Positions 11,301-19,366 of a stretch of 64,000 nt of DNA are shown here, in pieces. The stretch lies in NCBI GenBank assembly GCA_963718665.1, contig OY970359.1:2016001-2080000 (forward strand), given 5' to 3'. The notes below the pieces were generated by a model, which did no database searches, was not told where the DNA came from, and saw only the letters and a list, made by a program, of their open reading frames with translations. This DNA comes from an uncultured Phycisphaerales bacterium (GTDB lineage Bacteria; Planctomycetota; Phycisphaerae; Sedimentisphaerales; Anaerobacaceae). Position 1 is the stretch's first letter, and each line of letters begins with the position of its first letter. Position numbers and translations under genes: made by a program.

Positions 11301-12945
11301 TGCCGACGAACGACATTAAGCTCATCACAAGCCCTTCCCGAAGGGGGTCTATCGCGGGGTTTGTAACCTGGGCGAATAACTGCTTGAAATAGTTGAACAG
11401 CAGTTTCGGTTTGTCCGACAACACCGCCAGTGGTGTGTCGTTACCCATCGAGCCGACCGGCTCCTGCCCGTTTACCGCCATCGGCGTCAAAATCATCTTC
11501 AGCTCTTCGCTGGTGTAGCCGAACGCCCGCATCTTTCGCAGCGTTTTTTCTGTGTCGCTGCTGATAAGCTCAGGAGTATCGAACAGCCCTCGCAGCTCAA
11601 TCCGGTTTTCCTCAAGCCATCGCCGGTATGGTCTGCGTCTCGCGATTTTGCTCTTTATTTCGTTGTCGGTGATTATCCGGCCTTCGACCGTATCGACTAA
11701 GAACATATTTCCCGGTCGCAACCGGCCCTTCCTGATTATCTTTTCCGGCGGGAACTCTACCACGCCCGCTTCGCTTGCTATTACCGCCAGGCCGTCGGTT
11801 GTAACTAAATACCTGCATGGTCTTAACCCATTGCGGTCCAGTGTGCCTCCTATGAACCTTCCATCGGTAAATACCATTGCCGCGGGGCCATCCCACGGCT
11901 CCATTATCGAGGAGTGATATTCGTAGAACGCACGCTTGTCGGTGCTGATGTGATATTTTGGCCCGAACGCCTCCGGTATCATCATCATCATCGCGTGCGG
12001 CATACTTCGCCCGGCACGCACTAAAAGCTCCAGTGCCGCGTCAAAACATCCCGAATCGCTCGTATCCTCAGGCAGAACAGGCAGCAGGTCGCCTATTTCG
12101 TCGCCAAATGCCTCGCTTGCCATTGTCGTTTCGCGGGCGCGCATATAATTACGGTTTCCGCTGAGCGTATTGATTTCGCCGTTATGTGCTACGCAACGAA
12201 ATGGCTGCGCCAATCGCCAATTAGGGAAAGTATTTGTGCTGTATCGCTGGTGAACTATCGCAAGGGCGGATTTAACTCGTTTGTCGGCTAGGTCCGGATA
12301 ATACGCGAACAACTGCTTCGCCATAAACATACCTTTGTAGCAGATTGTCCTGCCGGATAACGAGGTTATGTAAAAATCCTCACTCGCCTTGCCCAGTTTC
12401 TCACGCACAATCCGTTCGGCCCTGCGTCTGGCCATATAAAGCCGGCGTTCAAACAGGTCGCTCTGCGAATCTACTCCGTAAACGAATACCTGTCTTATCG
12501 ATGGCTCCGCGGCAATCGCGATTTCACCGAGGCAGTTGTTGACAGTTGGAACATTCCGCCAACCTATCACTTTCATACAGTGGTGACTAATGGCTGATTC
12601 GAGAATCTGGTCGCATTGTTTGCGGATTTCGGCGTTTTTCGAGCCGAAGACCATTCCCACTGCGTAGAATGCCGGCTCAGGCAAAGTAAAACCGAGTTGG
12701 GAGCATTCTTCCGCGAAAAACTCGTGCGGAATCTGAAACATAATACCCGCTCCGTCGCCTGTCATTTCGTCTGCGCCTGCTGCGCCGCGATGATGCAGGT
12801 TTATCAGTATTTCTTTGCCGTATTCGATTATCGAATGGTCTTTTGCTCCGTCTATGTTAACGACGGCCCCTATGCCGCAGGCATCGTGCTCACGCCGGAC
12901 TTCGTAAAGTCCCTGGTCTTTTTGTCTCATTATTTCCTTATGCAT
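8380..12945 (-). CDS. gltB: Glutamate synthase large subunit
   Basis: EHDACGIG N-terminus, HQRYSTNTFP, HNGEINT, QGAKPGEGGQLPG, GXGXG domain. Confidence 0.97.
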   Translation of the reverse strand: MHKEIMRQKDQGLYEVRREHDACGIGAVVNIDGAKDHSIIEYGKEILINLHHRGAAGADEMTGDGAGIMFQIPHEFFAEECSQLGFTLPEPAFYAVGMVFGSKNAEIRKQCDQILESAISHHCMKVIGWRNVPTVNNCLGEIAIAAEPSIRQVFVYGVDSQSDLFERRLYMARRRAERIVREKLGKASEDFYITSLSGRTICYKGMFMAKQLFAYYPDLADKRVKSALAIVHQRYSTNTFPNWRLAQPFRCVAHNGEINTLSGNRNYMRARETTMASEAFGDEIGDLLPVLPEDTSDSGCFDAALELLVRAGRSMPHAMMMMIPEAFGPKYHISTDKRAFYEYHSSIMEPWDGPAAMVFTDGRFIGGTLDRNGLRPCRYLVTTDGLAVIASEAGVVEFPPEKIIRKGRLRPGNMFLVDTVEGRIITDNEIKSKIARRRPYRRWLEENRIELRGLFDTPELISSDTEKTLRKMRAFGYTSEELKMILTPMAVNGQEPVGSMGNDTPLAVLSDKPKLLFNYFKQLFAQVTNPAIDPLREGLVMSLMSFVGKKQNFLEESPEHCRQLKLPHPILTNEDIERLRAVKREDFRVATIHAVFDIDEPDAGESLRKALDTLVDDAEKAIRNGVSLVIISDRNISQDKAAIPSLLATGAVHHGLLGRGLRGEAGLIIETGEPREVMHFCLLCGYGANAINPYLAFETLFELRRQGHLPAKMELTQIADNYIAAVKKGILKVMSKMGISTLRSYTGAQLFEAIGLNRDVIDKYLTGTSSRVGGIGLDEIASEAISRHKAAFEEHPAGTPALELGGEYLFRHTGERHTWNPVTVSRLQQAVRSNNPKLYGEFAQAVNEQAEKLCTLRGLFEFEPGKSVPIEEVEPASEIVKRFCTGAMSHGSISKETHECLAIAMNRIGAMSNTGEGGEDPARYTPEPNGDSKNCGIKQVASGRFGVTINYLSHAKELQIKIAQGAKPGEGGQLPGHKVTEEIARLRYSTVGVTLISPPPHHDIYSIEDLAQLIYDLKCSNPGVRVSVKLVAEVGVGTIAAGVAKANADEVLISGHDGGTGASPLSSIKHAGIPWELGLAETQQVLVMNRLRDRIRVQADGQMKTGRDVVVGALLGAERFGFGTAALVTLGCTLLRKCHEGACPFGIATQDPELRKRFRGKPEYLERYMFFVAEEVRQIMSQLGFKKFEDMIGRADRLGTNKAIEHWKSKGLDFSMIFHKPDVSDGRATRQIVSQPDKLADHLDWQIIEKAKPAIENKKHTVIEMNIRNLNRAVGTILSNRIVTKNGPEGLPDNTLEVLFNGSAGQSFGAFLAPGVTFKLTGESNDYLGKSLSGGRIAVITPAGAPFAAKENIIAGNTLLYGATSGEVFINGMAGERFAVRNSGAIAIAEGVGDHCCEYMTGGTVVVLGRTGCNFAAGMSGGIAYVLDETSNFDTLCNLDMVELESVWQKEDVKILMDLIQKHFDWTGSARAHQILSNWQDMVGKFVKVVPFDYRKSLEKMRAAEQRDTETTPATEEVFYG

Positions 12946-13110
12946 TGTCTGTCTCGCTGTATGTTTGCCGGCTCACTAATCCTTCTCGCACAAGTGAAGA
13001 ATGCACATCTTATTATACGTCCGGCGAGATTGCAAATCCTCTCTATTCGGGTAATATAACCCATAAGAGATATTGATATTACTTCCAGAATATCTTATGC
13101 TTGTTTACAT

Positions 13111-13170
13111 AAAATGGGGTGAGGCCCGACTCGTTTGGTCCCTAAGGGATTACATGAGCAGGCCTCACCC
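13111..13170 (-). terminator. Long hairpin followed by ATTTT downstream of glnA
   Basis: GGGTGAGGCC...GGCCTCACCC stem with inner TCCCTTAGGGA hairpin. Confidence 0.55.
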
Positions 13171-13232
13171 GCAACCCAATGCCCACTGCACGACCATTCG
13201 TGCAGCTTCGCCCAAAAATGAAACTAACATCA

Positions 13233-13309
13233 TTCACCGCTGAGCACGCTGAGACCGCTGAGAAAAAACATAATTCAATCTCTGCGTGCTCCGCGTTCTC
13301 TGCGGTAAA
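13233..13309. repeat. Inverted repeat of 9-nt units (CGCTGAGCA...CTCTGCGTG)
   Basis: Three units on each arm around an A-rich spacer, right after the glnA stop. Confidence 0.65.
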
Positions 13310-13324
13310 AATTAACAGTGACTA

Positions 13325-14737
13325 CTACGCATCGTAATAGAGATGGAACTCATGCGGATGCGGTCTCAATGCTATCTCGTCTATCTCCTTTTCCCGTTTC
13401 CACTGAATCCATGTCTCGATAAGGTCTTCGGTAAAGACATCGCCCTCGGTGAGGAACTTATGGTCCTTTTCGAGCGCATTCATCGCTTCTTCGAGGGAGC
13501 CTGGCGCCTGCTTGGTTTTGGACAACTCTTCCGAGGAAAGCTCGTACACGTCCACGTCCATCGGTTTGCCGGGGTCGAGCTTGCGTTTGATGCCGTCGTT
13601 GGCTGCCATAAGCATCGCGGCGAAAGTGAGATAGCCGTTGCAGCTCGGGTCCGGGCAACGGAACTCAACGCGTTTTGCCTTCGGATTCGGTGAGTACATC
13701 GGGATACGGCAGGCGGCTGACCTGTTGCGTGCCGACATACAAAGATTTACCGGCGCCTCAAAGCCCGGAACGAGCCGGCGATATGAATTTGTAGTCGGTG
13801 CCCCGAAAGCTATGATGGCCGGAGCATGGGTGATAAGCCCGGCAATTGCGTGTAAAGCAAGGTCAGACAGACCCGCATAGCCTTTTCCGGCGAAGAGGTT
13901 GACGCCTTTCTTCCAGAGCGAGAAGTGCGTGTGCATCCCGGAACCGTTGTCCTGGAATATCGGTTTGGGCATAAACGTCGCCGTCTTGCCGTGGCGTTTG
14001 GCTACGTTCTTGACGATGTATTTATACCACATAAGCTGGTCGGCCTGTTTGACTAATGGTGCGTAAAGCATGTCAATTTCGGCCTGGCCCCCTGTTGCGA
14101 CTTCATGGTGGTGTTTCTCGACCACAATACCGACCTTCTGCATTTCCTCGACCATTTCGCCACGGATATCCTGCTGGGTGTCGGTCGGGCTTACAGGGAA
14201 ATAGCCGCCTTTATACGACGGTTTGTATCCGAGGTTGGGTTCTTCGAAACGGGCAGTGTTCCAGTTACCTTCCACCGAATCGATTGAATACATTCCGGTA
14301 TGCTGATTCTGCTCATATCGAACTTCGTCGAAGATAAAGAATTCCGGCTCAGGGCCGTAATATGCGGTATCCGCCAAACCGGTCTTTTTCGCGAATTCAG
14401 CCGCTTTCTTAGCTATATTTCGCGGGTCACGATTGTATTCTTCGCGTGTGATGGGGTCGATGATGTCCGTAAGGACGCTCACCGTCGGCTTAGCGAAGAA
14501 GGAGTCCATAACCACGGTATCCAGGTCCGGAACCGCCATCATATCCGACTGATGAATTGGTTTCCAGCCGCGGATTGATGAACCGTCGAAACCAAGCCCT
14601 TCCTCAAATGCCTTTTCATCCAGGAACTCGATTGGGAAGGTACAGTGCTGCCAGGTGCCAAGAAGATCGACGAACTTCAAGTCCGCCATCTTGGCATTGT
14701 TCTTTTTTGCAAAATCAAAGAATTCTTTTGGAGTCAT
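13325..14737 (-). CDS. glnA: Glutamine synthetase type I
   Basis: FDGSSI, HHHEVA, FMPKP..DNGSGMH, RNRSA; adenylylation-site Tyr in DVYEL. Confidence 0.97.
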   Translation of the reverse strand: MTPKEFFDFAKKNNAKMADLKFVDLLGTWQHCTFPIEFLDEKAFEEGLGFDGSSIRGWKPIHQSDMMAVPDLDTVVMDSFFAKPTVSVLTDIIDPITREEYNRDPRNIAKKAAEFAKKTGLADTAYYGPEPEFFIFDEVRYEQNQHTGMYSIDSVEGNWNTARFEEPNLGYKPSYKGGYFPVSPTDTQQDIRGEMVEEMQKVGIVVEKHHHEVATGGQAEIDMLYAPLVKQADQLMWYKYIVKNVAKRHGKTATFMPKPIFQDNGSGMHTHFSLWKKGVNLFAGKGYAGLSDLALHAIAGLITHAPAIIAFGAPTTNSYRRLVPGFEAPVNLCMSARNRSAACRIPMYSPNPKAKRVEFRCPDPSCNGYLTFAAMLMAANDGIKRKLDPGKPMDVDVYELSSEELSKTKQAPGSLEEAMNALEKDHKFLTEGDVFTEDLIETWIQWKREKEIDEIALRPHPHEFHLYYDA

Positions 14738-14799
14738 TTTTCCACCTCTCTAATAAAATTGGGTTGCTAATATTTTTCCCGCTACGAGCGGATTGTTTT

Positions 14800-15141
14800 T
14801 TATCCTATTGCCGAATTTCCTTTTTCACCCGTTCTGATACGAATACATTCGGGCAGGTCGAGCACGAATATCTTGCCGTCGCCGATTTGCCCTGTTCTTG
14901 CGCCATCAATGACTGCTTTTATCGTCGGCTCGACAAAGGTATCGTTTACTGCTACCTCCAACTTTACCTTTCTCAATAAACTGCCCTGTTCTTTATGGCC
15001 TCGGTAGACCTCTGCTACGCCTTTTTGTCTGCCTCGGCCCACAACATTCGACACCGTTACAAGGTGGATTTCTTTTTCCTCTAATCTTTTAAGCACTTCA
15101 TCAAGTCGGTCCGGCTGAATCACAGCGATTATGTATTTCAT
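14800..15141 (-). CDS. glnK: PII nitrogen regulatory protein (amtB-linked, copy 1)
   Basis: [23 protein letters not shown]. Confidence 0.92.
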   Translation of the reverse strand: MKYIIAVIQPDRLDEVLKRLEEKEIHLVTVSNVVGRGRQKGVAEVYRGHKEQGSLLRKVKLEVAVNDTFVEPTIKAVIDGARTGQIGDGKIFVLDLPECIRIRTGEKGNSAIG

Positions 15142-15160
15142 TTACCTCGTCCTTTCTCGC

Positions 15161-16501
15161 TTAATCGATTAAAGTATAGGCGGCCTCTCGATGTTGTGTC
15201 AAGTCCAGGCCGACGCGTTCTTCGTGCTCACTTACTCTCAGTTTGATTACCACGTCCACAAACTTCAGAAGCACAAAACCAATTACGAAGGAGTAAACCG
15301 CCGTGACAAGCACGACCTTTAACTGAATCCATAATTGTACCGGGTTGCCGTAAAATAAACCATCGGCTCCGTCGGGATTGATTGTTTTTGTGGCCCACAG
15401 CCCCGTTGCAATCACGCCCCAGATTCCGCCGATTCCGTGAACGCCAAAGGCGTCCAGTGAGTCGTCGTAACCGAGTTTGGTTTTAAGACAGGTTACTACC
15501 AGCCACGGAAATACCCCGGCCCCTATACCGATACAGATTGCTCCGATGGGTGTGACGTATCCGGATGCCGGCGTTACAGCCGCCAGACCCGCCACCGCAC
15601 CGGTTATCATTCCCAGGGTCGTGGGTTTTTTATACCTGAGCCAGTCAAGCACGGACCACGTTACGCCCGCGACTGCGCCTGCTATATGCGTAACGGCAAA
15701 AGCGTTGCCCGCAAGTCCCGATGCCTTCAGTGCGCTGCCCGCGTTAAAGCCGAACCACCCGAACCAAAGCAATCCCGCGCCAAGCGCCGCAAACGGCAAA
15801 TTGTGCGGAGGAGATATACCGGCGGGATAACCCTGTCGTTTCCCCAGTATCAGGGCAGCCGCCAGTGCCGTCATGCCTGCGTTAATGTGAACCACTGCGC
15901 CGCCGGCAAAGTCCAGTGCGCCCATGTTCTTCAGGAAACCGCCGTTGCCCCAGAGCCAGTGCGTAATCGGGTTATACACGATTGTCGCCCAGAGCAGGAT
16001 GAAAATCACAAACGCCGAGAATTTCATTCTTTCCGCGAATGCCCCGATGATTAACGCAGGCGTTATCACCGCGAACATCATCTGGAACATCATAAACACC
16101 TCGTGCGGGATAGTTGGTGCATAAGCGGCATTTGGCGTCATACCAACGCCATTCAGAAAACTCCAGTCCAGCCCGCCTATTATGCCGTGCTTGTCCGGCC
16201 CGAACGACAAGCTGTATCCGCATACGACCCATTGGATGCTTATTATGCACAGGGCCATGAAGCACTGCATCAGGACCGACAGCATATTCTTGCGTCGGAC
16301 AAGTCCGCCGTAGAAAAACGCCAGTCCCGGCGTCATAAGCATAACAAGCGCTGCGCTTATCAATACCCATGCCGTATCACCTGTGTCGATTGTCGAATTT
16401 TGACTTGTCAAAGAACCAGCGTTAACTAACTGCTGTGTCTCACAAATCCCTGTCCCGGCAGTCAATAAAATGACCACCGCTATAGCCAGAGTTGTTCTCA
16501 T
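15161..16501 (-). CDS. amtB: Ammonium transporter (copy 1)
   Basis: MTPGLAFFYGG, DFAGGAVVH, WFGWFGFNAGS, DAFGVHG. Confidence 0.96.
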   Translation of the reverse strand: MRTTLAIAVVILLTAGTGICETQQLVNAGSLTSQNSTIDTGDTAWVLISAALVMLMTPGLAFFYGGLVRRKNMLSVLMQCFMALCIISIQWVVCGYSLSFGPDKHGIIGGLDWSFLNGVGMTPNAAYAPTIPHEVFMMFQMMFAVITPALIIGAFAERMKFSAFVIFILLWATIVYNPITHWLWGNGGFLKNMGALDFAGGAVVHINAGMTALAAALILGKRQGYPAGISPPHNLPFAALGAGLLWFGWFGFNAGSALKASGLAGNAFAVTHIAGAVAGVTWSVLDWLRYKKPTTLGMITGAVAGLAAVTPASGYVTPIGAICIGIGAGVFPWLVVTCLKTKLGYDDSLDAFGVHGIGGIWGVIATGLWATKTINPDGADGLFYGNPVQLWIQLKVVLVTAVYSFVIGFVLLKFVDVVIKLRVSEHEERVGLDLTQHREAAYTLID

Positions 16502-16563
16502 TTCTCTTTGCTCCTTTTGTGTCGGTTCGTAATCACACCCGGCTTCTGTATGCGGTAAGCCAG

Positions 16564-16676
16564 AAAAAAACCGACAGCCGGCGAGCTCCGCGGGAAACTA
16601 ATCCTGCGGTTTCACACTCGTTCGGTGCTCTTAAATGAACACAAACTTCAAATTTGTTGACATACTACGGCTGCGC
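16564..16676 (-). ncRNA. Candidate structured leader/attenuator or sRNA ahead of amtB copy 1
   Basis: Starts just after the sigma54 promoter; hairpin CCGA-CGAG..CCGCAGGA/TCCCGCGG..CTCG-TCGG followed by U7. Confidence 0.45.
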
Positions 16677-16686
16677 TCAACCTTAC

Positions 16687-16701
16687 GCAAACCTTATGCC
16701 A
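16687..16701 (-). promoter_or_regulatory. Sigma54 -24/-12 promoter for amtB1-glnK1-glnA
   Basis: TGGCAT-AAGGT-TTGC on the minus strand. Confidence 0.85.
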
Positions 16702-16790
16702 GCACACCTCTTAAGGGTCTTTTTTCACGTAACGTCTTGTAATAACAACAGTTATGCTCATTAAAAGCAGGGAGTTATCAAAGAGCAAAT

Positions 16791-16834
16791 TTACATTATT
16801 GTAATTTTCCAAAATATTTTTTACATTTTTGTCA
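16791..16834. promoter_or_regulatory. Paired upstream activator boxes ACA-N4-TGT
   Basis: TTACATTATTGTAA (16791) and TTACATTTTTGTCA (16821), 30 bp apart. Confidence 0.75.
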
Positions 16835-16845
16835 CTTTTGATGTT

Positions 16846-16880
16846 AAAATGGGGGCTCTGGCAGCCGTGCACAGAGCCCT
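16846..16880 (-). terminator. Rho-independent terminator after glnK copy 2
   Basis: GGGCTCTG/CAGAGCCC stem, loop containing ACGGCTGC, then ATTTT. Confidence 0.65.
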
Positions 16881-16927
16881 CTCAGGCAAGGGCGCCCTGT
16901 GGGCACCCCGTCTTTTCGTTTACCCTG

Positions 16928-17269
16928 TTACCCGATTGCCTCATTGCCTTTTTCGCCCGTTCTAATACGGATACATTCAGGCAGGTCGAGCACGAATATC
17001 TTGCCGTCGCCGATTTGTTCTGTTCTTGCGCCGCCGATGACTGCTTCGATTGCCGGCTGGACGAACGCCTCGTTCACCGCTATCTCAATTTTAACCTTTC
17101 TCAGCAAGCTGCCCTGTTCCTTGTGGCCCCGGTAAACTTCCGCTATACCTTTTTGTCTGCCCCGGCCGACAACGTTCGATACTGTGACTAAGTGAATCTC
17201 TTTTTCCGTCAGGCGTTTGAGCACTTCGTCAAGTCGGTCCGGCTGAATTACCGCGATTATGTATTTCAT
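16928..17269 (-). CDS. glnK: PII nitrogen regulatory protein (amtB-linked, copy 2)
   Basis: Close paralog of 14800-15141. Confidence 0.92.
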   Translation of the reverse strand: MKYIIAVIQPDRLDEVLKRLTEKEIHLVTVSNVVGRGRQKGIAEVYRGHKEQGSLLRKVKIEIAVNEAFVQPAIEAVIGGARTEQIGDGKIFVLDLPECIRIRTGEKGNEAIG

Positions 17270-17286
17270 TGGTTTATTCCTTTCTC

Positions 17287-18639
17287 TTAGTCAATAATGG
17301 TATATGCTGCTTCACGGTGTTGCGTTAAGTCCAGACCGACCCGTTCTTCGTGTTCGGTTACACGCAATTTCATTACGATATCCACAGCTTTAAGCAGCAC
17401 TATTCCAACAACAAAAGAATAAACTGCTGTAACAAGCACGGCTTTGACTTGTATCAGGAATTGAGCGGGATTCCCGTAGAGCAAACCGTCGGCCCCGGCG
17501 GGATTTACCGTTTTTGTGGCAAAGATGCCGGTTGCTATTGCTCCCCACATACCGCCTACGCCGTGGACGCCGAAGGCATCGAGCGTATCGTCATAGCCAA
17601 GCAGGTTTTTGAAATACGTCACGGCAAACCATGGAATTACCCCGGCGCCTATACCAATCCATATTGCGCCCATCGGATTGACGAATCCGGAAGCGGGAGT
17701 TATTGCTACAAGGCCGGCCACTGCGCCGGTAATCAGACCAAGCGTCGTGGGCTTTTTGTGTTTAAACCAGTCAAGAATTGCCCAGGACACGCCTGCTGCC
17801 GCGGTGGCAACATGGGTCGCGGTAAATGCGCTGACTGCCAGACCACCAGCTCCCAATGCGCTGCCGGCATTGAAGCCGAACCAGCCAAACCACAGTAACG
17901 CCGCTCCCAGCACTGCAAAGGGCAGATTATGAGGAGGAGATATTCCATTTGGATATCCTTGACGTCGGCCAAGAACAAGTGCCGCCGCAAGAGCGGTCAT
18001 ACCCGCGTTGATATGCACCACGGTTCCGCCGGCAAAATCAAGCGCGCCCCAGTTTCTTATGAATCCGCCAACTCCCCATACCCAGTGTGCAACGGGGTCA
18101 TATACGATTGTCGCCCATAACAGCATAAAAACACACAACGCCGAGAATTTCATCCGTTCCGCGAACGCGCCGACAATCAAAGCCGGCGTTATCACGGCGA
18201 ACATCATTTGGAACATCATAAATAGTTGGTGCGGAATTGTCGGTGCGTAATCGGCGTTTGGAGCAAGCCCCACGTTCTTCAGGAAAGACCAGTCAAGCCC
18301 GCCTATAAGTGAACGGTGGTCGGGGCCAAAAGACAAGCTGTAACCGAAGAGCACCCATTGCAAACTAATCAGGCACAGTATCATCAGGCATTGCATCAGT
18401 ACGGAGAGCATATTTTTACGTCGGACCAGCCCGCCGTAGAAAAACGCTAGGCCCGGTGTCATAAGCATTACAAGTGCAGTGCTTATAAGCACCCACGAGG
18501 TGTCTCCCGTGTCAATTTTCGGCACCGGAGCCGCAACTGCCGCGGTTAGCGTCGCGCTCGACGCGGGCGCTGCAGTATCACAAAATGCAGTTCCCGCACT
18601 CAGCAAGATGAGTATTGTTGATATAAGTATTCTTTTCAC
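17287..18639 (-). CDS. amtB: Ammonium transporter (copy 2)
   Basis: DFAGGTVVH, WFGWFGFNAGS, DAFGVHG; GTG start with AAGGAG RBS. Confidence 0.96.
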   Translation of the reverse strand: MKRILISTILILLSAGTAFCDTAAPASSATLTAAVAAPVPKIDTGDTSWVLISTALVMLMTPGLAFFYGGLVRRKNMLSVLMQCLMILCLISLQWVLFGYSLSFGPDHRSLIGGLDWSFLKNVGLAPNADYAPTIPHQLFMMFQMMFAVITPALIVGAFAERMKFSALCVFMLLWATIVYDPVAHWVWGVGGFIRNWGALDFAGGTVVHINAGMTALAAALVLGRRQGYPNGISPPHNLPFAVLGAALLWFGWFGFNAGSALGAGGLAVSAFTATHVATAAAGVSWAILDWFKHKKPTTLGLITGAVAGLVAITPASGFVNPMGAIWIGIGAGVIPWFAVTYFKNLLGYDDTLDAFGVHGVGGMWGAIATGIFATKTVNPAGADGLLYGNPAQFLIQVKAVLVTAVYSFVVGIVLLKAVDIVMKLRVTEHEERVGLDLTQHREAAYTIID

Positions 18640-18683
18640 GGCTTTTTACTCCTTGTAAAAATTGATAATTAGTTGTCCACCAA

Positions 18684-18730
18684 TACGGCTGTCTATAGTA
18701 TTCTTAATTACGGCTGTCTATAGTATTCTT
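18684..18730. repeat. 22-bp direct repeat in the amtB2 5' UTR
   Basis: TACGGCTGTCTATAGTATTCTT at 18684 and 18709. Confidence 0.9.
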
Positions 18731-18731
18731 C

Positions 18732-18746
18732 GCAAACCTTGTGCCA
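18732..18746 (-). promoter_or_regulatory. Sigma54 promoter for amtB2-glnK2
   Basis: TGGCAC-AAGGT-TTGC. Confidence 0.9.
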
Positions 18747-18835
18747 GAATGCCTTTTTGGTGGCCGTTTTTACATAAGGCCTTGTAAAAGCCGCGGTTAC
18801 GCTTGCTGAAAGTATTAAATTGCCAAAGAGCACAG

Positions 18836-18879
18836 TTACATTTTTGTATATCTAACTTGATATTTTTACATTTATGTCA
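18836..18879. promoter_or_regulatory. Paired upstream activator boxes ACA-N4-TGT
   Basis: TTACATTTTTGTAT (18836) and TTACATTTATGTCA (18866). Confidence 0.75.
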
Positions 18880-18890
18880 TTTTAGGCGTT

Positions 18891-18928
18891 AAAAGTATGG
18901 GCTCCGCCAGCCGTGGAACGAAGCCCAT
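18891..18928 (-). terminator. Terminator after the third PII gene
   Basis: ATGGGCTTCG/CGGAGCCCAT stem, loop TTCCACGGCTGG, then ACTTTT. Confidence 0.65.
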
Positions 18929-18958
18929 TTATACCAGGACGGTCCTTATGGGGTCCTG

Positions 18959-19300
18959 TTATTTTATCGCGGAGTCGCCGCGTTCTCCCGTGCGAATTCT
19001 TACGGCATCATCAACGGGCGAGATAAATATCTTGCCATCGCCTGGCTTGCCGGTAAAAGCCGTGTCTTGTATGGCCTTGACAATTTTCTCGGTATCGCTG
19101 TCTTTGACCACCACTTCGATTCTTGCCTTGGTCATCAGCCCGACTTTATAAGTTTTACCACGGACTTCCTGTTGGAGGCCTTTTTGTTTACCGTGCCCTT
19201 CGATTTCAGTAATCATAAGGCCCGGATATTCAACTTTTTCCAGAACGGCACATATTTCAGCGACCTTGGCGGGTCGAACTATAGCTTCAATTCTCTTCAT
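18959..19300 (-). CDS. PII family protein (divergent, linked to APC permease)
   Basis: MKRIEAIVRP, GHGKQKG, RGKTY, TGKPGDGKIF, RIRTGE. Confidence 0.9.
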   Translation of the reverse strand: MKRIEAIVRPAKVAEICAVLEKVEYPGLMITEIEGHGKQKGLQQEVRGKTYKVGLMTKARIEVVVKDSDTEKIVKAIQDTAFTGKPGDGKIFISPVDDAVRIRTGERGDSAIK

Positions 19301-19366
19301 TTTTATGTTCCTTTCTTAACGGCTCTATACAAAAACCTTCAATATTCAGAGCGGTATCAATCTTTG

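Noticed and set aside
16564..16676. Known glutamine riboswitch or ANTAR motif
   Set aside because: I could not find the glnA-motif E-loop or paired ANTAR hexaloops by eye
16660..16870. Invertible promoter bounded by ACGGCTGC/GCAGCCGT
   Set aside because: The inverted repeat is only 7-8 bp, no recombinase is nearby, and the location in terminator loops fits RNA pairing better
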